Sequence record: SRR31156797_1402
Length of the DNA: 64,000 nt
Strand: one strand, 5' to 3'
The position numbers were made by a program, and so were the translations under genes. Positions 1 to 10,515 of the stretch are shown here, one piece after another. The first letter of the stretch is position 1. Each line of letters starts with the position of its first letter. The notes under the pieces are model-generated. The model had not been told where the DNA came from. It did no database searches and worked only from the letters and a program-made list of their open reading frames with translations.

Positions 1-48
1 AACCGCTATTTTCACAAATCTGCTGCCTAGGTCTATGCCGAGCTTCAT
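1..48 (-). CDS. 5' fragment of acyl-CoA dehydratase activase (BadF/BadG/BcrA/BcrD ATPase), continues beyond window start
   Basis: Manual translation MKLGIDLGSRFVKIAV is the ASKHA GIDxGS phosphate-1 motif; ATGA overlap with the stop of the upstream dehydratase gene. Confidence 0.75.
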   Translation of the reverse strand, partial: MKLGIDLGSRFVKIAV

Positions 49-1031
49 CTCTTCGCCTCCAGCATCTCAAGGAAAGATTCTATCCTTATCTTGGTTCTCG
101 CATCAATCCCGCCCGGTCCGTCACCTTCGATGGCGAGTATCGGACAGTCGAGGGACTCTTTCATAATTATGTCCTGAATCTGACGGTAGCAGAACGACTG
201 AACGTAGTGGATCATCCCATCAAGCTTACGTTTTTTCATCTCAGATTTTATGTCAGCAACACGCCCGAAGACATCGTAAGGGTATGTAAAATCTACATAT
301 CTCTGCACATAATTCTCGTCAGTAGAAGGTATAGCGAACTGCCTCTGCACCTCGTTAAAAACCACTGATGCACCTTTCGAATCGATAAAATCGTAAATGT
401 CGCTAAAAATTGTAGGAACACCTATGAAGCCCAGACGGATTCTGTCTTTCACCGGACAGCGTTTTGACGCTTCGAGCATAAAGGAATCCAGCTCTTTTTC
501 ATAAGTTATAAGGTCTGTATTAAAATCTGTGGAAGTAACCAGCCAGAGGTGGTTTTCAAAACCTGTGACGTAACCTTCAGCGGTCATATCATCAAGCTCA
601 CGAAGTTTTCTGCGGACACCATCAGTTTTTTTCGCAAACTCTACCCCATCCGCAACGGTTGTACCGATAGACTTTGCAAATCTATGCATCTCTTTCTCAA
701 GTGTTTCAAGACGCCCTTCGCTCTCAAAAGGATAGCTAAACGTGTGCACCTTTATACCGCTATTCACAAACAGCTCAGCCAGTGCGTGGGAATTACTGCA
801 ATCCCCCTGGGTAACGGCGATAACTTCATCCACAGAACCTTGACGCACAGCAGTATATATACCTTTTATCCATGCGCAGAGATTTCTTGGCAAACCCTCA
901 TCCTCTGCAAAATCAGCCATAGCGACCGGATCACTGTCAGTTATGAAAACGTTATTCAGATCTACCGGAACTTTTCCAGCGGCAAGAATCATCTCCACCG
1001 GAACAGTGGTAGTAAAACCTACTCTGCTCAT
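45..1031 (-). CDS. 2-hydroxyacyl-CoA dehydratase (HgdB/FldB-like) family Fe-S protein
   Basis: Cys motifs NLCAWIKG, GDCSN, QSFCYR; C-terminal IEGD...RTKIRIESFLEML; translationally coupled to an activase gene. Confidence 0.8.
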   Translation of the reverse strand: MSRVGFTTTVPVEMILAAGKVPVDLNNVFITDSDPVAMADFAEDEGLPRNLCAWIKGIYTAVRQGSVDEVIAVTQGDCSNSHALAELFVNSGIKVHTFSYPFESEGRLETLEKEMHRFAKSIGTTVADGVEFAKKTDGVRRKLRELDDMTAEGYVTGFENHLWLVTSTDFNTDLITYEKELDSFMLEASKRCPVKDRIRLGFIGVPTIFSDIYDFIDSKGASVVFNEVQRQFAIPSTDENYVQRYVDFTYPYDVFGRVADIKSEMKKRKLDGMIHYVQSFCYRQIQDIIMKESLDCPILAIEGDGPGGIDARTKIRIESFLEMLEAKR

Positions 1032-1330
1032 TTCAGGCTGAAATCTATGTATCTGCGAACTTCTTTATGAAGCCCGACCCTGTTTTTGAATATAACCTTA
1101 TTATCTTCGAAGAACCTGTCCATCTCGTTAAAATCAACTATGTCCATATAGTCCCCCGTCACCTTGTCTTTCACTCGGAAAACCTTTGTGACATCATTCT
1201 CTTTTACCTTTTTAGCTTTTATCTTCTTCTTATCTTTGTATAAGTAAACTTCACAGCCGTTGTCTTCACACTGAATGTCAACCTCGTGCCATGTCATATC
1301 CTCATATACAAGCATCCATCTATGTTCCAT
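1028..1330 (-). CDS. hypothetical protein, 100 aa
   Basis: RBS-like AAGGTG before ATG; ATGA overlap with the dehydratase gene. Confidence 0.7.
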   Translation of the reverse strand: MEHRWMLVYEDMTWHEVDIQCEDNGCEVYLYKDKKKIKAKKVKENDVTKVFRVKDKVTGDYMDIVDFNEMDRFFEDNKVIFKNRVGLHKEVRRYIDFSLK

Positions 1331-1425
1331 TTTGCACCTTTATTTATTTTTACTACAAAAATAGTCGAATTTTTTGAAATTACATCCTATTTTTTTAATT
1401 AAACATAGTCAAGAGTTACAAAGGC

Positions 1426-1454
1426 TTGAATTCTCACTATAATGGTTTTATAGT
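1426..1454 (+). promoter_or_regulatory. putative sigma70 promoter
   Basis: TTGAAT-N17-TATAGT upstream of RBS GAGGA and GTG 1480. Confidence 0.5.
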
Positions 1455-1479
1455 TACCACATAAACAACGAGGACTAAA

Positions 1480-2451
1480 GTGAAAAAGTCTATCTTAATA
1501 TTAATTATTACTTCAATAATTGTGTTTTCTTCGTATTATTTTTTGACGAAGGAACCTGCTGCTAAAAAATATACTATTGCTGTTATCAACTATAGCCCGG
1601 CGGCTGACCCGGCGCTCTCAGGGCTTAAAAATGGTCTTAAAAATCAGGGGTTTACTGAAAACATTCACTATAATTTAATTTACAATGGCTTTTTCTCTGA
1701 TAAAAAAGAACTCCTAAAGGAAGCGAACAGGCTTGTTAACCTGAAGCCTGATTTAATATACTCAATGACTACACCTGCTACTCTCGCAGTAAAGAAAGCT
1801 GTAGCAGGAAAGGACATCCCTATCGTTTTCGGTCCGGTTAGCTCCCCTGTCAGAGCAGGAATTGTGGCAAGCATGAAGCATACAGGTGAAAATATTACCG
1901 GAGTTACTTTCGGTCCGCAGGAATCACGCAGGCTTGAAATGCTTACAAGAGCGGCACCACTGATTAAAAGAGTTCTCGTCCCTTACAACCCGAATGACAA
2001 AAGTCCTCAGATAGGGCTCAGTGTAATGGTGTCGGTAGCTGATTCATTAGGATTAAAGCTTTTTCCTCTCCCTATAAGCTCTGAACAGGATCTTCTCCCT
2101 TCTCTGAATAATTTTAAAGAAGATGTTGATGCTATTTTCATTACAACCGATTCGATGATGGTCTCTCTAAATAATATAATTTCTGAATATGCTATCAGCA
2201 ATGAATTACCTTACAGCTGCCCTAACAAAGAGTGTGTCGAAGGCGGGGCACTCTTCTCATACGGTTTCAGTGTGGAAGATCTCGGGTTTCAGGCTGCAAG
2301 GATAGTACGCATGGTTCTCACAGGTACTCGAGCAACGGAGATACCTGTTGAGTTATCAGAATTCAAACTGGTAATAAATGTTAATACCGCAGAGAAAATA
2401 GGTATTGAAATCCCCCCTGTGCTCCTCAATAGATCTTTGATCTTCAGGTAG
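1480..2451 (+). CDS. ABC-type substrate-binding protein (ABC_sub_bind, aromatic amino acid-binding-like)
   Basis: N-terminal membrane anchor; IPIVFGPVSSPVRAGIV, NITGV, GALFSYG and LVINVNTAEKIGIEIP motifs. Confidence 0.85.
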   Translation: MKKSILILIITSIIVFSSYYFLTKEPAAKKYTIAVINYSPAADPALSGLKNGLKNQGFTENIHYNLIYNGFFSDKKELLKEANRLVNLKPDLIYSMTTPATLAVKKAVAGKDIPIVFGPVSSPVRAGIVASMKHTGENITGVTFGPQESRRLEMLTRAAPLIKRVLVPYNPNDKSPQIGLSVMVSVADSLGLKLFPLPISSEQDLLPSLNNFKEDVDAIFITTDSMMVSLNNIISEYAISNELPYSCPNKECVEGGALFSYGFSVEDLGFQAARIVRMVLTGTRATEIPVELSEFKLVINVNTAEKIGIEIPPVLLNRSLIFR

Positions 2452-2455
2452 CCAG

Positions 2456-4339
2456 ATGTTCTTTAAAACTCTTAAATCAAAAGTAATAAACTCTTTTATC
2501 CTATTTGTTATCCTCCCGATACTCATTAGTGCTGTGATAATACTCACGCAGCTGCAAGCTACTGAAGACCATCAGCTTGACGCCATACACACCCAGATGG
2601 TAAAGAGAGTCGCTGCTGAATTCCAGAGCTATGTTCTTACTAATATTGACCAACTCAAACACCTCACCGAGATGCATGAGATTGATTACGATGACCCTGA
2701 GGCTCTCAGGTACAAATTCCTCTCACAGCTTCTTTATAATAATAACTTTGATCAGATACTGTTCATAGATGGCACTGGTAAAGAGATCGCACATGTACAC
2801 AGATATAAACTATTTAGGGAACACAACCACATAAACTATGCTCTTCAGGTTGAATATATTTATCCAAAATTAAACGACAGTATTTACTTCGGTGACGTTA
2901 CTTTTACTGAGGAGACAGGTGAGCCCATCGCAAATGTGTCTTTTGCTATCAAGGATCCAAAAACTAATGAGCTGGTAGGGGTGGTAATAAGCTCGCTTAG
3001 GCTAAAGCCTATATGGAACCTACTCGCTAACATACAGGTTGAGCCGGGTCAGCAGGTTTATATTCTTGATTCAGATAAGAGACTTATAGGGCATCCTAAC
3101 CCTTCAATGGTACTCAAAGATTTCAAATTCGACCTGCCAGTTAAGAAGGTCGCAAAGGGGATAAACGGGGAAAAGGTGTATCTGGTTTATGAGAAAATTA
3201 ATCTTGGAAATAAATTCTTCAGTATCGTCTCAGAACAGTCAATGTCTGAGGCTTACAAAATTATCGAAAGGATCATGTTTATCATATCATTTGTTATATT
3301 CTGCACTTTTACTATGTCTATACTGCTTGTCATATTCCATATAAAAAATATAGTTAATCCTATCAATGATCTATCGAAAGTCGCCAAAGAGATTGAAGCG
3401 GGTAATTTTGAAAAAACTGCTAACGTTGATAATCAGGATGAAATAGGCGACATGGCGAAAGCTTTCAATAAAATGACTCAAAAGCTGAAAGATAATAATA
3501 CCCAGCTCCAAGAGTTTAACATAGGTCTTCAGCAGAAGATCAACTGCGAGATTGAAAAGACCAGAAAGATGGAGCAGCTTCTTGTTGAGCAGAAAAAGTT
3601 TGCTGATATGGGTCAGATGATAAATGCCATAGCTCACCAGTGGAGACAGCCTCTCAATAATATCGGCTTGATACAGCAACACCTGCGAGACGGCTTTATG
3701 AAATCGACGATAACTAAGGATGAGTATCAGGAATACTCAGAGACCCTTCTTAATACAGTTCAGGATATGTCTGTTACCATTGATGATTTCAGAACATTTT
3801 TCACCTCAAGCAAACAGAGGGACAGGTTTAATGTTGTAGCTTCACTCATTGAATTTATAAAACTTTCGAGTGCTCAGCTCAGCAGTGACAATATTAAATA
3901 TACTATCCAGTGCTTCTGTTGCGATAAAAACGATATTTTCAATGAGAAGAGCCTCGATATTAAGTGCAAAAGTGAAGATCTTGAGGTTTTAGGTCACTCA
4001 GGTGAGTTTAAGCAGGTTTTACAAAATATTATCTCGAACTCCAGAGATGCATTCGTTGAAAATGACATCATTGAACCATTTCTTAATATTACAATCGATC
4101 AGGAAGATAACGAAGTTCACATTTGCTTCAAAGACAACGCTGGCGGCATACCTGAAGATGTGATGCCAAACATCTTTGACCCATATTTCACTACAAAAGA
4201 GGAAGGGAAAGGAACAGGTATAGGGCTATATATTTCAAAGGTAATCATCGACGAACACTTCGATGGAATGCTCTACGCCGACAACATTGAAAACGGCGCA
4301 GAGTTTACGATTAGAATCCCTAAAGCTCCGAAAGAGTGA
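2456..4339 (+). CDS. sensor histidine kinase (TM-Cache-TM-HAMP-HisKA-HATPase)
   Basis: Two TM segments; HAMP DEIGDMAKAFNKM; H-box IAHQWRQPLN; N box NIISNSRDA; DNAGGI; GTGIGL. Confidence 0.92.
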   Translation: MFFKTLKSKVINSFILFVILPILISAVIILTQLQATEDHQLDAIHTQMVKRVAAEFQSYVLTNIDQLKHLTEMHEIDYDDPEALRYKFLSQLLYNNNFDQILFIDGTGKEIAHVHRYKLFREHNHINYALQVEYIYPKLNDSIYFGDVTFTEETGEPIANVSFAIKDPKTNELVGVVISSLRLKPIWNLLANIQVEPGQQVYILDSDKRLIGHPNPSMVLKDFKFDLPVKKVAKGINGEKVYLVYEKINLGNKFFSIVSEQSMSEAYKIIERIMFIISFVIFCTFTMSILLVIFHIKNIVNPINDLSKVAKEIEAGNFEKTANVDNQDEIGDMAKAFNKMTQKLKDNNTQLQEFNIGLQQKINCEIEKTRKMEQLLVEQKKFADMGQMINAIAHQWRQPLNNIGLIQQHLRDGFMKSTITKDEYQEYSETLLNTVQDMSVTIDDFRTFFTSSKQRDRFNVVASLIEFIKLSSAQLSSDNIKYTIQCFCCDKNDIFNEKSLDIKCKSEDLEVLGHSGEFKQVLQNIISNSRDAFVENDIIEPFLNITIDQEDNEVHICFKDNAGGIPEDVMPNIFDPYFTTKEEGKGTGIGLYISKVIIDEHFDGMLYADNIENGAEFTIRIPKAPKE

Positions 4340-4341
4340 AA

Positions 4342-4656
4342 TTACATTTTAGCTTTCACTTCACCGGCTTTTATCTTTGCTCTGTACTCATCAGCAAAAT
4401 CAGCTATATCAGTTAAAAGTTCCTGATCATACATACCCTCGAAAGCATTTGGCTGTTTATTCCCCATAACAACATCGAAAAGGTCATTATCAAATATCTT
4501 AGTAAGCATCACATTCAGCCTCTCAAGCTCATCAATGCCGTAGTGTTCAGGAAGGTGTTTAGTGACCCACTCTCTGAGGAAGACCTCATTCTCAAGTATC
4601 GCACGTCTTGCAGACTGAAATATCGCTTTCTTTTTAAGTGCTTCGATTTGATCCAT
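4342..4656 (-). CDS. SdhE/Sdh5-like (succinate dehydrogenase assembly factor 2 family) protein
   Basis: 104 aa; KKKAIFQSARRAILENEVFL resembles the SdhE RL.W..RRG..E.D segment; DNDLF resembles D.DL. Confidence 0.6.
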   Translation of the reverse strand: MDQIEALKKKAIFQSARRAILENEVFLREWVTKHLPEHYGIDELERLNVMLTKIFDNDLFDVVMGNKQPNAFEGMYDQELLTDIADFADEYRAKIKAGEVKAKM

Positions 4657-4669
4657 TTTATGACTCCAG

Positions 4670-6223
4670 TTATTTACTATCTATCTCTGCCGGCTCGACA
4701 ATCACAGATGAAAACCTGTGGTATATCACAAAGCCCGGCGGTGTATTTTTCGGTTTTTTCACATGTTTCTTCTGGGTATAATCCACAGTAACTTTAAGGT
4801 CTGACTTCGCCTTACTAAGCCCGGCTACTATCGCCGCACACTCAGTAATCTCTCCCTCTGTCACCCTGCCGCTTTTACGAAAAACAAGGTGCGCCGATGG
4901 TATCTTTTGAGCGTGAAACCACCAGTCAGAAGGATTCGCAAACTGGAACACAAGCCTGTGGTTGCTCACAGAATTTCGACCTATGTAAGCGATGCCCTCA
5001 CCTATTTCGATCTTTTCAAATTGCTTCTGATTAACCTGACGCTTCTGGCTAGTCTGTTTCTTCTTCATCTCAAGGGCGAGCTCACGAAGCTCGTCATCGT
5101 TAGCCGATATCTCAATAAAATACAGCTGTTCCAGCGCAGAATCAACATTATTATCAACTTCCGCTATTCTCGCCTGTAAAAGAGGTATAGATCGTTTCAG
5201 CTTCTCTGACTTCCTGAAAAGCTTTTCAATCTCTTTACCTACTTCGAAGCCGGAAGGAATATCATAAGCCACCTTATCAACGCCCTCTTCTGTATATTTA
5301 TCTAGTTCAACAGTACCTTTTACATCTTTGAGTTTATACATATTTCCTTTCAGAAGCTCAGCCATATCAGATAACTCTTCGTGCTTCTGCGCATTAGCAA
5401 GCTCAATAACTAGTTTATCTTTAAGCTTCATATACTTTTCAGCATGTTTTTCAAAATAGCGTACCAAACGCTTCCTTATGCTGATGTCACGCTTAGCCTC
5501 AACAACTGCGTCAGTGAGCTCATGAATCTTATCAAACCCTACCTCTTCACCACCCTCAAAAGGCTTAAAAGGGATCAGTTTACCAGCGTTATCTATATAA
5601 AATTTATCTTCTGTTTCAATAGTTTCAGTTATAATCTCAACCACTTCCTGAAAAGAGTAATTCTTCTCAAGGTACGCTTTTGCGTGCTTAACAGTCACAG
5701 GGTAAAAACCGAGAAGATCAGCGAAATTCTCATCAACATACTTATCAAGTGTGTTCATTTTATTGCTCTTAGGCATCTGATAAATATTACCTATACCCAT
5801 ATCACGATCCGCATCAGCGTTATTCTTGCAAAAAGTCCAGACGATCATCCCCTCTTCGTTCACAAGCATAGCGTTAGCCATCTTTCCGATAAGCTCAAAT
5901 ATAAGACGGTGACGAACTATCTTGCCGCTCGGTTTACGTTTGTCTATGTCGAAATAGATAACACGGTCAAACTTTCTCCCGCCTATCTCAGCTATGTCAC
6001 CGCCGTTCAGCTTCTCAAGAAACTGATCATTGACTCCCTGCTGGGCGAAAACTGTATGAACAGAAGGCTTACCTCCTGTAACTTTTATAAGTACAGAGGC
6101 ACGATCTTTAGAATATACGCCAACGCACACACTATCTTCGGTTACAGTAATTTTAGTGACTCTGCTACCTTCATAGCGGTTTTTAAGTATATTTACAGCT
6201 TTTGTGATACTAAGTCCGTCCAA
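4670..6223 (-). CDS. rqcH: NFACT/RqcH (FbpA-like) ribosome quality-control protein
   Basis: N-terminal MDG, FDR and ELIGKMAN; central coiled coil; NFACT-R motifs IGRN, WFHAQKIPSAH, VDYT, KPKNTPPGFVIY; TTG start with RBS AGGGG. Confidence 0.8.
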   Translation of the reverse strand: MDGLSITKAVNILKNRYEGSRVTKITVTEDSVCVGVYSKDRASVLIKVTGGKPSVHTVFAQQGVNDQFLEKLNGGDIAEIGGRKFDRVIYFDIDKRKPSGKIVRHRLIFELIGKMANAMLVNEEGMIVWTFCKNNADADRDMGIGNIYQMPKSNKMNTLDKYVDENFADLLGFYPVTVKHAKAYLEKNYSFQEVVEIITETIETEDKFYIDNAGKLIPFKPFEGGEEVGFDKIHELTDAVVEAKRDISIRKRLVRYFEKHAEKYMKLKDKLVIELANAQKHEELSDMAELLKGNMYKLKDVKGTVELDKYTEEGVDKVAYDIPSGFEVGKEIEKLFRKSEKLKRSIPLLQARIAEVDNNVDSALEQLYFIEISANDDELRELALEMKKKQTSQKRQVNQKQFEKIEIGEGIAYIGRNSVSNHRLVFQFANPSDWWFHAQKIPSAHLVFRKSGRVTEGEITECAAIVAGLSKAKSDLKVTVDYTQKKHVKKPKNTPPGFVIYHRFSSVIVEPAEIDSK

Positions 6224-6512
6224 ATGTCTTCCCCTTTTATGCCCGAATGTTCATTATACTACAGAAAGTCAGTGAAAATATATCACAGATTTTGCCTTCT
6301 TTAAACCGGCAGATAATCCCTACTGCCATGCTTGAAAAACAATTTAACAAAGATTTTGAAAGTTGAAAAAGTTAGTCGATACAACTTTTTACAAAAGTGA
6401 TAAGTACAGTCTTACTTAATCAATATCTGAAAAGCTTGCTTTTTGTTCTATTTTTAGGTAAATGATCTAAATACAGCACAATTAATGCACATTCTGATTT
6501 TGAGGACTTATT

Positions 6513-8495
6513 ATGTTTAGACTTACTATAAGAAGAAAGATTATTCTTTCTATCTTACTTATTCTCGTGGTTGGTTTTACGATTTCCGGAATATCGATAA
6601 TCAACATCGCAGAGAGAAACATTCAAAGAGAGGTGAGCAACCAGCTTACATCTCAGGTTTCGCTCATCAAAGACTTTGTAGTGCAGTCGGACAGTGTCAG
6701 CACTGAACTCGCTGCAAACACAACTAAAGGCGCAGAAGAATCACTTATAAATGAAGTGAATTCGCTATGGACAGATATCGATACTGTCATCGATATCATG
6801 ATCAGCTCCGGCGAGGTGGACTATCTCCTTGAGCAGATCGAAGAAATTGTTCTGAAAAAGAAAATTGGTGACACAGGATATGCCTATATGCTCGACTATG
6901 AAGGCACACTCACCATGCACCATAAGAGCAAAGGTAAAAACCTAGCCGGCAGCAAGCATATAGACGAAATTGTATTTAACAGAGAGGGACTCGTCATATA
7001 CGAAAGAGTCACCGATCCTAAAAGACCAAAAGTTTATGCTGCTTACAAAGACATACCGAAGCTTAACACAATTCTTGTTGTTACAATCAAAGAAGTAGAG
7101 CTTATTAAAGATGCGGTATTCATCCGCAAAACACTGATGGATAATATCTATAATAAAGTAAAAACATCAAAAATAGGCGAAAACGGCTATTACTTCATCA
7201 TGAATACCAAGGGTGATATCATCGCACACCCAAGCTTAGAAAATACTAACCTTAGCAATCTTGATTATGTAAAGGAAATAATAGAAAAAAAGAACGGAAG
7301 CCTTATTTACGAATCGGAAGGCGAAAAGAAATTTGTAGTATTCGACTACTATGAAGATCAGAACTGGATCATTGCAGGCGGCAGCTACCTGAAAGAGTAT
7401 CTTTACCCTGCGATCAAAAAGTTAACTATTTCTTTCTTCCTGATAAGTATTTGCATAGTCGTATCTTCATTGGTATTTATCAATCTTATCTTTAATAAAA
7501 ACGTTATCAAACCTATCAATAAACTTGAAAAATGCCTCGGTGATATCGCAGGCGGCGACCTGACAAGTAAGATGGATTATGATAAGAATGACGAAATAGG
7601 CATCATCGTGCAATTTGTGGATAAAGTTTCTGAGCAGATGAATAACGCCTTGTATAAGGTCAAGCAATCATCAAATATGGTATCAACATCATCTCAGGCT
7701 CTATCAGACTCCAGCAGCCATATGGCATCAGGCATCAGAGACCAGCACAGCCAGACAGAGCATATTGTTGTAGCCATCAACCAAATGACAGCAACCATCG
7801 ACGATATGCACTCAAATATTGAAAAATCCACTCAGGATGTTCACAGCATAAGAAACCTGTCATCCGACGGTCAGGTTCTTCTTAATGATACAGTATCACA
7901 GATAGGCATGCTCTCAGACTCTGTCGAAGAATCAGCGACAATAGTAAAAGAGCTCGGCACATCTTCAGACCAGATTAACGACATAGTTCAGGTTATCTCA
8001 GAGATCGCAGATCAGACAAACCTGCTCGCCCTTAACGCCGCTATAGAAGCAGCAAGAGCTGGCGAACACGGTAGAGGATTTGCCGTTGTTGCTGACGAAG
8101 TACGAAAGCTCGCTGAGAAAACTGTAGATGCAACATCTGAAATCACATCTATGGTTTCGCAGGTTCAGTCAAATGTGACTACATCTGTTGAAAAGATGGA
8201 TAAGGAAGTTGTCCTTGCCGCTGAGGGATCAGACAAAATACAGCAGCTTAAGCTTAATATTGAGCAGATTATAGGCAGAATAGTTGAGGTTTCTGACCAG
8301 ATATCCGGAATAGCTACAGCCGCAGAAGAGCAGAGCGCAACAAGTAAAAGTATTACTGAGAGCCTCTCAAGTATTTCTGCTGTGTCTCAGCAAAGTTCTG
8401 ATATATCAGAAGATAATATGCGAAGCTCCGAACAGCTGCGCAACCTCTCAATAGAACTTGAAGAAACTGTCTCAGCTTTTAAACTACATAACTAA
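6513..8495 (+). CDS. methyl-accepting chemotaxis protein with Cache domains
   Basis: [38 protein letters not shown] signature; TM-Cache-TM-HAMP. Confidence 0.95.
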   Translation: MFRLTIRRKIILSILLILVVGFTISGISIINIAERNIQREVSNQLTSQVSLIKDFVVQSDSVSTELAANTTKGAEESLINEVNSLWTDIDTVIDIMISSGEVDYLLEQIEEIVLKKKIGDTGYAYMLDYEGTLTMHHKSKGKNLAGSKHIDEIVFNREGLVIYERVTDPKRPKVYAAYKDIPKLNTILVVTIKEVELIKDAVFIRKTLMDNIYNKVKTSKIGENGYYFIMNTKGDIIAHPSLENTNLSNLDYVKEIIEKKNGSLIYESEGEKKFVVFDYYEDQNWIIAGGSYLKEYLYPAIKKLTISFFLISICIVVSSLVFINLIFNKNVIKPINKLEKCLGDIAGGDLTSKMDYDKNDEIGIIVQFVDKVSEQMNNALYKVKQSSNMVSTSSQALSDSSSHMASGIRDQHSQTEHIVVAINQMTATIDDMHSNIEKSTQDVHSIRNLSSDGQVLLNDTVSQIGMLSDSVEESATIVKELGTSSDQINDIVQVISEIADQTNLLALNAAIEAARAGEHGRGFAVVADEVRKLAEKTVDATSEITSMVSQVQSNVTTSVEKMDKEVVLAAEGSDKIQQLKLNIEQIIGRIVEVSDQISGIATAAEEQSATSKSITESLSSISAVSQQSSDISEDNMRSSEQLRNLSIELEETVSAFKLHN

Positions 8496-8501
8496 TCATA
8501 A

Positions 8502-8534
8502 GGCCGGGTTCATAGCAGAGTCCGGCCAATTTCT
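8502..8534 (+). terminator. stem-loop after MCP, probable terminator
   Basis: GGCCGGGTTC-6-GAGTCCGGCC with a weak T-rich tail. Confidence 0.45.
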
Positions 8535-8630
8535 ATCTTGATTTTTCTGCACATACCTATATTATTTTATTCGTGATTAGCACACCTTCTAATTTAAATT
8601 AAATATAAAACTTATAAAGGAGACAATAAG

Positions 8631-10508
8631 ATGGCACAGGAAACTATGCAGTTCAAAACGGAAGTAAATAAACTTCTGGAGCTGATGATACACTCTCTCT
8701 ACTCTCATAAGGAAATTTTCCTCAGAGAACTTATCTCAAACGCATCTGATGCGATTGACAAACTTAGATTCGAAGCGATCAAAAACGACGCTCTCACCGA
8801 GGGTGACTCTAACTATAAAGTCAAGCTTATAGCTGACAAGGAAGCGGGCACACTTACTATATCTGACAATGGTATAGGTCTTACAAAAGACGAAGCAGTA
8901 GAAGCTCTCGGAACCATCGCACACTCCGGCACGAAAGAATTTATGAAGATGCTCGAGAGCAAAGAGGTTAAAGATAACCCGGAGCTTATCGGTCAATTCG
9001 GTGTTGGCTTTTACTCAGCTTTCATGATCGCTGATAAGGTTACCGTTCTCTCCCGTAAGGCTGGCGAAGATAAATCTGTAGGTATCAAATGGGAATCAAA
9101 CGCTGACGGCTCCTTCACTGTTGAACCTTGCGAAAAGGACACAAAAGGTACTGACGTAATCCTCACTATGAAAGAGGATGAGAAAGCTTACCTCGACGAA
9201 TACGAGATAAAGGACGTTGTAAAGAAATACTCCGACTACATCAGCTATCCGGTTGTTATGGACACAACAAAGAAGGTCGAAGAGAAGGACGTTACCGAGG
9301 AAGAGACGCTCAACTCTATGAAGGCTATCTGGCTGAAAGATAAATCAGAAGTAACGGAAGAAGAATACAACGAATTCTATAAGCATGTTACGCACGATTT
9401 TGCCGACCCTATGAAAACTATCCATTACCGTGCTGAGGGTACAACAGAGTTCAGCACACTAGTATACATCCCGAAAAAAGCTCCGATGAATATACTCTAC
9501 CAGGACTTCAAATCAGGACCTGCACTTTACGTTCGCAGAGTTCAGATTATGGAAAACTGCGAAGAACTTGTACCTGTTTGGCTCAGGTTCGTAAAAGGTA
9601 TAGTGGATTCATCTGACCTTCCGCTGAACGTCTCACGTGAGATCCTCCAGAATAATAAAATGGTAGAGATCATCCGCAAGAACGTAACAAAGAAAGTCCT
9701 CGAAACTCTCAAGAAGATGAAGCAGGACGAATACGATCAGTATGTTGAATTCTTCGAAGAGTTCGGTCGTGTTATCAAAGAGGGTATCCACTTCGATTTC
9801 AGCCGTAAGGAAGAGATCGCTGACCTCCTTCTCGTTCAGTCTACAGCGACAGAGAGCGGCAAGTACACCACACTCGCTGATTACGTTTCACGTATGAAGA
9901 CTGAGCAGAACGAAATCTATTACATCACAGGTAAAAACAGAGCAGAGCTTGAAAACAGCCCATACCTCGAAGCACTTAGAGAGAAAGAGCTTGAGGTTCT
10001 GTTTATGACTGATGAGATCGACGATATCATCATCACAAGCCTGATGAAATACAACGACAAAGACTTCAAATCCATCCTCAAAGGGGACATCGAGCTACAG
10101 ACTGAGGAAGAGAAGAAAGAGACAGAAGAGAACTTCGGCAAACTCACTGACAAGATCAAAGAGACACTCGGAGATAAGGTTAGCGAGGTTAGACTTTCCG
10201 CTAGGCTTAAAAGCTCACCTTGTGTTCTCGTTTCCGGATCAGGCGACATGGACGCTCAGATGGAGCAGATGCTGAAAGCTATGGGGCAGGCTGTTCCGGC
10301 TAGGCAAAAAATTCTTGAGCTCAACCCTTCTCACGAACTTGTGGAAGCACTCAACGCCGAGTTTGAAAAGAACGCTGAAAGCCAGAACGTGGCTGATATT
10401 GGTGAACTCCTATATAATCAGGCACTTATCCTTGAGGGAAATATGCCGAGCGATCCGACACGGTTCACACAGCTACTAACTAAGGTCATGGTAAACAACG
10501 TAAAATAA
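8631..10508 (+). CDS. htpG: chaperone HtpG (Hsp90)
   Basis: YSHKEIFLRELISNASDA, IGQFGVGFYS, DLPLNVSREILQ. Confidence 0.98.
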   Translation: MAQETMQFKTEVNKLLELMIHSLYSHKEIFLRELISNASDAIDKLRFEAIKNDALTEGDSNYKVKLIADKEAGTLTISDNGIGLTKDEAVEALGTIAHSGTKEFMKMLESKEVKDNPELIGQFGVGFYSAFMIADKVTVLSRKAGEDKSVGIKWESNADGSFTVEPCEKDTKGTDVILTMKEDEKAYLDEYEIKDVVKKYSDYISYPVVMDTTKKVEEKDVTEEETLNSMKAIWLKDKSEVTEEEYNEFYKHVTHDFADPMKTIHYRAEGTTEFSTLVYIPKKAPMNILYQDFKSGPALYVRRVQIMENCEELVPVWLRFVKGIVDSSDLPLNVSREILQNNKMVEIIRKNVTKKVLETLKKMKQDEYDQYVEFFEEFGRVIKEGIHFDFSRKEEIADLLLVQSTATESGKYTTLADYVSRMKTEQNEIYYITGKNRAELENSPYLEALREKELEVLFMTDEIDDIIITSLMKYNDKDFKSILKGDIELQTEEEKKETEENFGKLTDKIKETLGDKVSEVRLSARLKSSPCVLVSGSGDMDAQMEQMLKAMGQAVPARQKILELNPSHELVEALNAEFEKNAESQNVADIGELLYNQALILEGNMPSDPTRFTQLLTKVMVNNVK

Positions 10509-10515
10509 TTTCTAT

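Noticed and set aside
5444-6304. 286-aa ORF antisense to rqcH, plus other antisense or alternate-frame ORFs in liv, atp, metH, alaS and pckA
   Set aside because: They overlap well-supported genes and show no recognisable motifs; treated as shadow ORFs
8577-8603. CIRCE (HrcA) operator upstream of htpG
   Set aside because: Left arm TTAGCACAC is close to consensus but the right arm (TAAATTAAA) does not match GAGTGCTAA
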